Below, in pieces: positions 26,689 through 35,100 of a DNA stretch of 64,000 nt (position 1 is its first letter; each line of letters starts with the position of its first letter). This DNA comes from an uncultured archaeon. GTDB lineage: Archaea; Aenigmatarchaeota; Aenigmatarchaeia; CG10238-14. The notes beneath the pieces were generated by a model. The model had not been told where the DNA came from. It saw only the letters and a list, made by a program, of their open reading frames with translations, and ran no database searches. Where the stretch lies: contig CAYFYJ010000009.1 of assembly GCA_964347415.1 (NCBI GenBank), positions 7,940-71,939 on the forward strand. Direction: 5' to 3'. A program made the translations under genes and the position numbers.

Positions 26689-28020
26689 TCATCTTGGCGG
26701 TTTTTTAATAAAACCCTTTTTCATCATTGTTTTTGTCAATTCTCTGGATCTTTTTATTATCGTTGATGATGTCTCGTATAGTTTCTGTTTACTCATCTTT
26801 TTCCTAGCTATGCCTTGTTTTATTGCTTTCATACCAACAACAACAGCTTCTCTAGGAAAGATTTCCCATTCTTCCATCGTCGGAACTATGTATTCTTCGT
26901 GTATTCCTTTTTCTTCGGCGCATTTTGCCAGTTCATAGGCAGCCGCAATACACATCTCATCGGTTATCGTTTTGGCTCTCACATCTAAAGTTCCCCTGAA
27001 AATTCCAGGAAATCCTAATGAGTTATTGACTTGATTTGGAAAATCGGAACGGCCTGTCGCGACTATTCTTGCTCCGGCTTTTTTAGCTTCCAGTGGCCAT
27101 ATCTCTGGGGTTGGGTTGGCACAAGTAAAAACGATTGAATCATTCGACATGTTGGATATCCATTCCTTCTTTATCGTTCCTGGTCCAGGTTTAGACATGG
27201 CAATACAAACATCAGCATCTTTCAAGGCTTCAGGCGCTTTACCAATCCTACCTTCGGCGTTAGTAGTTAAACACATTCCCCATTTGTAAGGATTTTGTTT
27301 CTTTTTTTCTTCAAGGTCTTTTCTATTTTGATTGAGTATGCCTTTACTGTCGACCATGATTATGTTCTTTGGTTTTACACCAGCTGAGATTATGACTTTC
27401 GCTGTTCTTATGTTCGCAGAACCAGCACCTATCATAGCAATCGAGACTTGACTCATCTTTTTACCGACAACTTTTAATGCGTTTATTAAACCAGAACAGA
27501 CTACAGCTGCTGTGCCTTGCTGATCGTCATGCCAGACTGGTATTTTTAATTCCTTTCTTAAAGTTTCAAGGATGAAGAAACACTTTGGTTTTGAGATATC
27601 TTCTAAGTTTATTCCACCGAATGAAGGTTGGATCCATTTCACAGCTTTGATTATCTCATCTGGGTTTTTTGTGTCAAGACAAATTGGGAAAGCATCAACA
27701 CCACCCAGATATTTGAACAGTAAGGCTTTACCTTCCATTACAGGCATGCTCGCTTCAGGACCGATATCACCTAATCCTAAAACTCTCGAACCATCGCTGA
27801 CAACAGCCACATTGTTCCATTTGTTCGTGTGATCGTATATTGTCTGCTTGTTCTTTTGGATGACTTTACATGGTTGAGCAACTCCAGAAGTGTACCAAAC
27901 ACTGAAATCAGAAAGAGACCTTATAGGGACCTTAGAGTTAACCTCGATTTTACCCTTATAAAAAGGATGATATTTTAATGCCAATTTCCCAAAATAATCG
28001 ATTTTTTTCTTCTTCGTCAT
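26689..28020 (-). CDS. NAD(P)-dependent malic enzyme (short prokaryotic type)
   Basis: 443 aa; LSDFSVWYTSGVAQPC, FGGINLEDISKPKCF, IGAGSANI dinucleotide fold. Confidence 0.9.
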   Translation of the reverse strand: MTKKKKIDYFGKLALKYHPFYKGKIEVNSKVPIRSLSDFSVWYTSGVAQPCKVIQKNKQTIYDHTNKWNNVAVVSDGSRVLGLGDIGPEASMPVMEGKALLFKYLGGVDAFPICLDTKNPDEIIKAVKWIQPSFGGINLEDISKPKCFFILETLRKELKIPVWHDDQQGTAAVVCSGLINALKVVGKKMSQVSIAMIGAGSANIRTAKVIISAGVKPKNIIMVDSKGILNQNRKDLEEKKKQNPYKWGMCLTTNAEGRIGKAPEALKDADVCIAMSKPGPGTIKKEWISNMSNDSIVFTCANPTPEIWPLEAKKAGARIVATGRSDFPNQVNNSLGFPGIFRGTLDVRAKTITDEMCIAAAYELAKCAEEKGIHEEYIVPTMEEWEIFPREAVVVGMKAIKQGIARKKMSKQKLYETSSTIIKRSRELTKTMMKKGFIKKPPR

Positions 28021-28300
28021 GTTTTATATTTTGAAAATATCTACTATAAATCTAAAAATTCACTAAATACTTTCCCAATTTCTTATTTCTTCTTCAGTTT
28101 CTATCCAAATTTTATCATCAGTCTTTCTTTTCATGTCCATCACAAAAAAATATGGCGTCATCGCTCCTGCTCAGCCGAGTGGAAACCGAAAACCCCAAGA
28201 ATTACTCTATATTATAAGAATATGACACTTTCGAAGGAGTAGAGTTGTGATGAAAAGTATATAACTCTTAATTCTTACATTTAAAAAATAGGTTAGACCC

Positions 28301-29017
28301 ATGTTAATAGCCGCTATAGGCGACATACATTCTCCTCGATTTTTTGATTTTTACGTAAAGGCAGTGGAAAGTTTACACGAAAAACCAGATTTATTCTTTC
28401 TACTCGGAGATATTATCTACCGTGGAAAGGTTGAAGAATACCCAAAAGTTTACAACGTATTGTTCGGGAAAATAACCTGTCCAATCATAGCTTGTTTCGG
28501 TAATGAAGAATTTGGACCAGAGACAAGAGTAGTCATAGAAAATCAGAACCCCGACATAAAATTCTTGGATGACGAGAGTTTAGTCCTTGAAATGGATGGT
28601 AAATCGGTTGGTATAGTTGGCAGCAAAGGGGGACTGGATAGACCGACTTTCTGGCAGAGGAACAACATCCCTGACATCTATGATATTTATAAGAAGAGGG
28701 TTGGAACAGTTGAAAAGTTATTATCGGAATTGGATACAGACTTGAAAATTTTATTAATCCACTATGCCCCGACTTACAAAGTATTGGAGGGTGAGAATCC
28801 GAAGACACACCCAGAAATGGGCTCTAAAGCTTATGAGAGGATTATCATTGAACAGAAGCCAGATTTAGTGATAACTGGACATTCACACAAAGGGAGGAAA
28901 CAGGCCTGGATCGATACTATTCCTGTATTCAATGCGGCGTTTCCGTTGAACAAAGAAATCGTTTTAATAGATACTGAGAAGGATTTGAAACCTGGCTTAG
29001 AGAAATTTCTTGAATAA
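28301..29017 (+). CDS. Calcineurin-like metallophosphoesterase
   Basis: Motif series GDIHSP / LGDIIYRG / GNEEF / HYAP / GHSH. Confidence 0.8.
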   Translation: MLIAAIGDIHSPRFFDFYVKAVESLHEKPDLFFLLGDIIYRGKVEEYPKVYNVLFGKITCPIIACFGNEEFGPETRVVIENQNPDIKFLDDESLVLEMDGKSVGIVGSKGGLDRPTFWQRNNIPDIYDIYKKRVGTVEKLLSELDTDLKILLIHYAPTYKVLEGENPKTHPEMGSKAYERIIIEQKPDLVITGHSHKGRKQAWIDTIPVFNAAFPLNKEIVLIDTEKDLKPGLEKFLE

Positions 29018-29053
29018 TCTTAAAGTTTTTATTTCCGAATTGAAAATAATATT

Positions 29054-29851
29054 ATGAAGTTGGCAGGAAGAACAGAACTATGGTTTTCTTTCATCTTCGT
29101 ATTTTTGTTTTTATTCGCTGAGTCACTCTCGGCTGATTTAATGGATTATCCGAGTTTTTTATTTACCGACATGTATGCAGTCGTCGGCGCAGATGCTTCA
29201 ATATTAGACCTTGCTGCGGCTACTGATATCGTGGCCAACATTAAAAGTGAATATCCAACAACAAACATAGAAACAAAACTGGACACAGAACTAGTTAATC
29301 CGTACAGTGTTTATAGAAATCTAATATTAGTTGGAAATGCTTGTGAAAATAAATTTGTTGCTACGCTCATGGTGAAGGCTTTCCCCTCTTGTGATTTGGC
29401 ATCAGGAATACCAGAAAATTCAGCCATAATAAAGATCTATGAAGATGGTTTTATGCATGGATATAATGTTTTACTCGTTGCAGGTTGGAACGGGACCTAC
29501 ACAAGGATTGCTGCTTCTGTATTGCAAAAACATGACCAATTATTATCTGGTGTTTCGGAAGATGCAGTGAAAGTTACGTCTGCAACTTCATCTGGCATAG
29601 AAGCATTTTCTGACGAAGAATTTGTAACAACAGTCCTGACTACATCTACCACAACTACTACTTCAACGACTGTACCTCATATGACGTCTATATCTTCGAC
29701 ATCTACCAGTACCACAACTATTCCTAGCGATACAACAACAGGCATCCCAGAATCATTTCTCATTTACTCTTTAATTGTCATCGTTGTCATAGTAGGACTT
29801 TCATTGATTTTTGTAATAATTTCTAGAAAAAAAACCACGGAAAAGGTTTAA
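29054..29851 (+). CDS. Secreted, C-terminally anchored protein with Thr/Ser-rich linker
   Basis: N-terminal hydrophobic signal-like segment, TTSTTTTTSTTVPHMTSISSTSTSTTTIPSDTTTG linker, C-terminal TM helix then RKKTTEKV. Confidence 0.6.
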   Translation: MKLAGRTELWFSFIFVFLFLFAESLSADLMDYPSFLFTDMYAVVGADASILDLAAATDIVANIKSEYPTTNIETKLDTELVNPYSVYRNLILVGNACENKFVATLMVKAFPSCDLASGIPENSAIIKIYEDGFMHGYNVLLVAGWNGTYTRIAASVLQKHDQLLSGVSEDAVKVTSATSSGIEAFSDEEFVTTVLTTSTTTTTSTTVPHMTSISSTSTSTTTIPSDTTTGIPESFLIYSLIVIVVIVGLSLIFVIISRKKTTEKV

Positions 29852-29977
29852 ATATAAGAGACTGTATAAATTGCGTAGGTGTAGAAAGTGCACGGTGAAT
29901 ATCGGGTACACTGATTCTAGAATTTTGTTTAGTCATAATTTTAAGTCTTGGATTTCCCATTCTATAAATAATTTAAG

Positions 29978-32317
29978 GTGGTTTTGGTGAATTTTAGTCC
30001 GAAGATTAAAGAGAAGAGATGGAACCCAGAACTAGAAAAGAGGATAAGAAAGAGATGGGATAAGGAGAAAATTTACGCTTTCAACAAAAACAGTAAGAAA
30101 AAAATATTCACGATCGATACACCACCACCTTATCCTTCCGGAAGGCCTTGGCACATTGGTGCAGCAGCACATTATTCCCAGATAGATATGATTGCTAGAA
30201 CAGCTAGAATGATGGGATTTGAAGTCTTCTTTCCAATCGGCATAGACAGAAACGGATTACCTGTCGAATGCTACACAGAAAAAAAATATAGAATTTCTAT
30301 ACATGAAACTCCCAGAAAAAAATTCATAGAATTTTGTACCCATGCTTTGGACGATTTAGAGGCAGAGATGATACAGATAATGAAAATGATGGGCCTCAGT
30401 GGAGATTTTAACAATCATTATCGGACAGATTCAAAGGAATACAGAACTTTAACACAATCAACTTTCATCAATCTCTGGAACCGAGGTTTAATCTATGAAG
30501 CAACGAGACCGAACAACTACTGTATAGATTGTGGTACGACTATTGCTGATGCAGAAGTTGAATATGAGGAATTACCGACGGAATTAATCTACATCAAATT
30601 CAAGATCAAAGAAACTGGTAAACATTTCATAATAGCGACGGGTAGACCTGAATTTCTTTGTTCCTGTCAGGCCATACTCTTCAACCCGAAAGATGAAAGA
30701 TATAAGGATTTAGAAGGAAAGCATGCAATCATCCCAATTTTTGGTAGAGAAGTTCCAATAATTCCTCATCCCTATGTCAACCCCGAGTTCGGGACTGGGA
30801 TAGAAATGGTCTGTTCTTATGGGGACTACGCAGATGTCAGGTTGTTCAGAGAATTGAAATTAAAGGAAATCATAGCAATAACTCCTGGAGGTAAGATGAG
30901 CAAGAATACAGGAAAATATACTGGTTTGTCTATGGAAGAGGCGAGGAAGAGGATAATAGAAGATATTGAAAGGATGGGATTAATAGAAAAGAGGGAGAAA
31001 GCTACACATAGGACTCCGATGTGTCCTAGGAGTAAAACCCCGATTGAAATCATACCGATGAAAGAGTATTATCTGAAGCAGTTGGATTTTATACCTGAAC
31101 TCAAGAAGATTGCAAAGAAGATGAAATTCTTCCCTGACAGACACAGACAAATCTTACTCGATTGGATAAACTCTCTTAGTATCGATTGGCCGATATCGAG
31201 AAGAAGATATTATGGAACCGAGATACCGATTTGGTATTGTAAGGAGTGTGGAAAAGCATGTCTACCAAAACCAGGGAAATACTACAAACCGTGGAAAGAT
31301 AAACCACCGTTCAAGGAATGTCCATATTGTAAATCAGATAAAGGTTTTGAAGGTGAGACCAGAACTTTTGACACATGGATGGATTCGAGCATCTCACCAC
31401 TTTTTATCTCCCATTATCAGAAAGATGATAATTTCTTCAAGAAGACCTACCCGTCTGGAATCAGACCTCAAGCTAAAGATATCATAAGAACTTGGTTGCA
31501 CTATACGATTTTAAGATGTTATCAGTTGACGAAGAAACCTGCGTTTGAAAGAGCATGGATAATGGGGTATGGAGTTGACGAAGAAGGAAAAAGGATGAGT
31601 AAATCTAAAGGAAATGTTGTCGACCCCATTCCAATCCTTGAAAAATATGGTGGGGATATTTTCAGGTTTTGGAATGCTGCTGAAGCCGGGTTAGGTTCGG
31701 ATTTCAGATATTCGCACGATAGGATAGAGGGTTCATCAAAATTCTTAACAAAGTTATGGAATATCTCTAGATTCATCTCTATGTTTCCAGAACCGAAAAA
31801 GGCAGAATTAACAGCAACAGACAAATGGATATTATCTGAATTGAATGAACTCATCAAGAAATGTAAGAAAGGTTATGATAACTTTGATTTCTTCATACCT
31901 GCTAATGCGATAAGAGAATTTACTTGGAATCTGTTCGCTCCACATTACATTGAGATGATCAAGTCTAGGGCGTACGGTGAGGGATTTAGTAAAAATGAGC
32001 AGAAGGCGGCTTGGTATGCTCTTCATCTTGTTTTAAAGAACCTACTCAGGTTGTTTGCGCCCATTGCTCCTTATATGACCGACTATATCTGGAGAGAATT
32101 GTACGGAAAAAAAAGCATACACAAAGAGTTATTCCCAAGACCAGAATGGAAATTTAGGTTGGAAAAACTGACAGAAGCGGTAATAGACTTCAACATGAAG
32201 ATATGGAAATCAAAAAAAGACAAGGGGTTAAGTTTAAAATCTGAGATAAAAGTTAAAATCCCCAATAATTTGAAGCCATTTAGGAAAGATTTGAAGAAAA
32301 TGCATAATTTATGCTAG
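29978..32317 (+). CDS. valS: Valyl-tRNA synthetase
   Basis: 779 aa, class Ia. IDTPPPYPSGRPWHIGA (HIGH-like), DWPISRRRYYGTEIPIWYC, RMSKSKGNVV (KMSKS). The exact start is uncertain (GTG 29978 or the downstream GTG at 29987). Confidence 0.85.
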   Translation: MVLVNFSPKIKEKRWNPELEKRIRKRWDKEKIYAFNKNSKKKIFTIDTPPPYPSGRPWHIGAAAHYSQIDMIARTARMMGFEVFFPIGIDRNGLPVECYTEKKYRISIHETPRKKFIEFCTHALDDLEAEMIQIMKMMGLSGDFNNHYRTDSKEYRTLTQSTFINLWNRGLIYEATRPNNYCIDCGTTIADAEVEYEELPTELIYIKFKIKETGKHFIIATGRPEFLCSCQAILFNPKDERYKDLEGKHAIIPIFGREVPIIPHPYVNPEFGTGIEMVCSYGDYADVRLFRELKLKEIIAITPGGKMSKNTGKYTGLSMEEARKRIIEDIERMGLIEKREKATHRTPMCPRSKTPIEIIPMKEYYLKQLDFIPELKKIAKKMKFFPDRHRQILLDWINSLSIDWPISRRRYYGTEIPIWYCKECGKACLPKPGKYYKPWKDKPPFKECPYCKSDKGFEGETRTFDTWMDSSISPLFISHYQKDDNFFKKTYPSGIRPQAKDIIRTWLHYTILRCYQLTKKPAFERAWIMGYGVDEEGKRMSKSKGNVVDPIPILEKYGGDIFRFWNAAEAGLGSDFRYSHDRIEGSSKFLTKLWNISRFISMFPEPKKAELTATDKWILSELNELIKKCKKGYDNFDFFIPANAIREFTWNLFAPHYIEMIKSRAYGEGFSKNEQKAAWYALHLVLKNLLRLFAPIAPYMTDYIWRELYGKKSIHKELFPRPEWKFRLEKLTEAVIDFNMKIWKSKKDKGLSLKSEIKVKIPNNLKPFRKDLKKMHNLC

Positions 32318-32371
32318 GATTGAAGTTTTAAATAAGTCAGACTTAAATCTTTTTAACTCCTTATTGGTCTT

Positions 32372-33088
32372 TTGGTGCTCATGCCAGCGAAAACACAGTT
32401 AAGAAAACCAAAGAGGAGGATATTGGTAAGGGATGTAATAAGGGATATAGAACGGAAGGAATCAAAACAGAAAAAATCCAGAAAACGAAGGGATAAATTA
32501 TTTATAACTCTAGGAATCCTAGAAGAAGCTAAGTCTGGTATACTAAAATCAAATCTCATGCGTAAAGCAGATTTGAGTTTTGAACAAGTTAATAGATACT
32601 TAGATATTCTCGTTAATCCGGGTACTGATTTACAAATGTTTTTAGAACGAGGATTTACTGAGGGGACTAAAAGAAGAAGTAGAACTTATATAGCATTTAA
32701 CATCCTAGAAGAAGCTAAAGAATCTTTGTTAAAGACACAAATCATGTACAAGGCAAACCTGAGTTATGCACAACTTAACGATTATTTGAAATATCTACTT
32801 GGGGCGGGATTTCTAAGAAGTTGGTATGATAAAGAGAAGAAGAAAACTTTTTTCAAAACAACCCCTGACGGTGAAAAATATATCCAAGCATATAAGAATC
32901 TAAAACATTTGCTATCAGCAAGGAGTGGCGAAGGATTAGTAACACGAAAAACATATGGAAGAAACGAAGAGATTACGACGACTGAAAAGGGTCTTGAATT
33001 CCTAGACTATGCTAATACTTTTAAGGCATTTCTAACACCTGGGAATACAACTGGTGGGGGTGATTATATTGCCGCTTTATATTCATGA
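32372..33088 (+). CDS. Tandem winged-helix (HTH_45-like) DNA-binding protein
   Basis: Two copies of the ILEEAK..(I/L)M(R/Y)KA(D/N)LS(F/Y)xQ(V/L)NxYL module. A basic N-terminus precedes them. Confidence 0.6.
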   Translation: MVLMPAKTQLRKPKRRILVRDVIRDIERKESKQKKSRKRRDKLFITLGILEEAKSGILKSNLMRKADLSFEQVNRYLDILVNPGTDLQMFLERGFTEGTKRRSRTYIAFNILEEAKESLLKTQIMYKANLSYAQLNDYLKYLLGAGFLRSWYDKEKKKTFFKTTPDGEKYIQAYKNLKHLLSARSGEGLVTRKTYGRNEEITTTEKGLEFLDYANTFKAFLTPGNTTGGGDYIAALYS

Positions 33089-33118
33089 CTATTTCTTGAA
33101 AAAAACCTTAAACCATAT

Positions 33119-33223
33119 CAATGATACAAAATCGTAGAATAAATATTAATTTTACATAAATGATGCAAGAAAAGAGGTAAATTAAGATATATAAGAAAAA
33201 TTGATGAATATTTGATGCAAAAT
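33119..33223 (+). promoter_or_regulatory. Four TGAT(A/G)(C/A)A-type boxes upstream of the Lrp/AsnC-like gene (candidate operator array), followed by a TATA-like AATTATAAATAAA
   Basis: TGATACAAAA at 33122, TGATGCAAGA at 33161, TGATGAATAT at 33202, TGATGCAAAA at 33213 (spacings 39, 41 and 11 nt). The ATG is at 33254. Confidence 0.35.
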
Positions 33224-33253
33224 TATAAATAAATTAAGCGAATAATATATATC

Positions 33254-33808
33254 ATGAAAAAACGTGAAAGAGAAGTATTGATTCATTTAGTAAGGAATAG
33301 TAAATTAAGTGATAGAGAGGTAGCTAAAAAACTCAAAACCTCTCAGTCCACAGTAACCAGAACCAGACATAAGCTAGAAAAAAGATTTATTAATTCGTAC
33401 ACGATCGTTCCAGATCTATCGAACCTGGGTGTAAAATTGATAGCATTTACCTTTGCTAGTTGTTCAACACCAACCCCTGAATTAATGAAAAAAATTCAAA
33501 AATTTATAGAAGATGAACCAAACGTGGTGTTTGCTGGGCATGGAGAAGGGATAGGAAAAACAGGGTTTATTGCATCCTTTCATAACGATTTTTCGGATTA
33601 CACAGATTTCGTGAGAAGGGCCCGGTTACACTGCACGGGCTTCGGAGAAACTGTTGAATCATTCATAGTTTCAACGGATAAACTTCTAAAAACGTTAGAC
33701 ATGGCCAATGCTGTTGAAGCCTTAATTAACGAAAGATTAAAAAATGGTGGAACCAAGGGTAATGGCAAATATTCAAAATATTATAAACAAAAAGTAGTCG
33801 ATTCCTGA
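33254..33808 (+). CDS. Lrp/AsnC-like transcriptional regulator
   Basis: N-terminal HTH (REVLIHLVRNSKLSDREVAKKLKTSQSTVTRTRHKLEKR) followed by an alpha/beta effector-like domain. Confidence 0.65.
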   Translation: MKKREREVLIHLVRNSKLSDREVAKKLKTSQSTVTRTRHKLEKRFINSYTIVPDLSNLGVKLIAFTFASCSTPTPELMKKIQKFIEDEPNVVFAGHGEGIGKTGFIASFHNDFSDYTDFVRRARLHCTGFGETVESFIVSTDKLLKTLDMANAVEALINERLKNGGTKGNGKYSKYYKQKVVDS

Positions 33809-33927
33809 CAGGGTTCAAAGGACTTCAAACAGAAACGCTTAAATAAACGTAGTTATTAGTACAAAAAAAGAAATTATAATTAGGGTGAATAGTATTTAAC
33901 ACAGAATCTTCGGTTAAACTTAGGAAA

Positions 33928-35100
33928 TTGTTAAAGCTATTAGGAACTTTCAAAGGAAGACACACTGAACTTATCTCTTTGTACATTCCTTCTGGTCACA
34001 ACATTCAAGACATCATGAACATGCTTAAACAGGAGTATGCATTGACGCAGAATGTTAAATCGAGGGCAACAAGACACAATGTTCTCGACGCTCTTGAAAA
34101 GACAATGAACCATTTACGTTTATTCAAGAAAACACCGCCAAACGGTTTAGTGATATTCTGCGGCAATATCTCAAAAAAAGAAGGTCAACCTGACATCAAA
34201 CTCTGGTCTGTAGAACCACCACAGCCTTTGGCTCAGAAAATTTATTGGTGCGATCAAAAATTCGTTCTAGATCCATTGAAAGAGATGGTAAGAGAGAAAG
34301 AAGTTTATGGTCTGATTGTAATAGATACTGGCGGTTCTGATGTTGGTTTCTTGAAGGGAAAGAAAGTATTGATAGAAAAACACATAGATTCTCTAGTACC
34401 AGGAAAAACGAGTAAAGGTGGTTGGAGCCAGCAACGTTATGCCAGAATACGTGAAGAAGCCAAGAATGAGCATCTGAAGAAGACAGGTGAGATTGCAACA
34501 AAAATATTCAAAGGGGAGAAATATTTGAAAGGTGTGATAATCGGTGGTCCTGGCCCTTTAAAGGAAAAATTTAAAGGGGGCGAATACTTAGATTACCAGT
34601 TGAGGAAGAAGGTTTTGGGGGTTGTTGATACAAGTTATACTGGTATTCAAGGACTACAAGAAATCGTTCAAAGAGGGGAATCGTTAATACAAGAGGCGTC
34701 AGCAGTTAGGGAGAGGGCTATAATGCAAGGGTTCTTCGAACATCTAAAGAAAGATGACGGTTTATCCATCTATGGTCTGGAAGAAGTTAAATCTGCTCTG
34801 GATTATGGTGCTGTTAAGACTTTGTTGATATCGGAAGAGTATGACTGGGTTAGGACTGAGCTAACTTGTCAATGTGGTAATAAAATCGAGAAAGACATTA
34901 AACCTGGTTCTGTCCAAAAATGTCCGAAATGCAAGAGCGAGATGAAAATCGAGGGAGAAAAGGAATTAATCGATGTATTATCAGAGCAGGCGAAAGGCCT
35001 TGGGTCTGAGGTGGAAATAATATCAGTAGACTCCAGAGAAGGCGAGCAATTTAAAGAAATTGGCGGGATTGGAGCTGTTTTAAGATATAAATTAAGCTAA
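33928..35100 (+). CDS. prf1: Peptide chain release factor aRF1 (atypical: GGW instead of GGQ, NVKS instead of NIKS)
   Basis: GRHTELISLYIP, TQNVKSRATR, YWCDQKF (YxCxxxF), KGGWSQQRYARIRE, Zn-ribbon insert CQCG..CPKC, C-terminal GGIGAVLRYKL. The frame is open from 33889, so the true start may lie upstream of the TTG at 33928. Confidence 0.85.
   Translation: MLKLLGTFKGRHTELISLYIPSGHNIQDIMNMLKQEYALTQNVKSRATRHNVLDALEKTMNHLRLFKKTPPNGLVIFCGNISKKEGQPDIKLWSVEPPQPLAQKIYWCDQKFVLDPLKEMVREKEVYGLIVIDTGGSDVGFLKGKKVLIEKHIDSLVPGKTSKGGWSQQRYARIREEAKNEHLKKTGEIATKIFKGEKYLKGVIIGGPGPLKEKFKGGEYLDYQLRKKVLGVVDTSYTGIQGLQEIVQRGESLIQEASAVRERAIMQGFFEHLKKDDGLSIYGLEEVKSALDYGAVKTLLISEEYDWVRTELTCQCGNKIEKDIKPGSVQKCPKCKSEMKIEGEKELIDVLSEQAKGLGSEVEIISVDSREGEQFKEIGGIGAVLRYKLS

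Noticed and set aside
28063-28161. 32-aa minus-strand ORF upstream of malic enzyme, and a C/D-box-like CTGATGA..CTGA pair within it.
   Set aside because: The box spacing (17 nt, with no second box pair) does not fit C/D sRNA geometry, and the ORF has no supporting features.
29964-29972. TATAAATAA just 6 nt upstream of the annotated valS GTG, considered as its promoter TATA box.
   Set aside because: It is too close to the GTG at 29978 for standard TATA-to-start spacing. It would only fit a leaderless start at the GTG at 29987. This cannot be resolved from sequence, and TATA-like strings are frequent in this AT-rich DNA.
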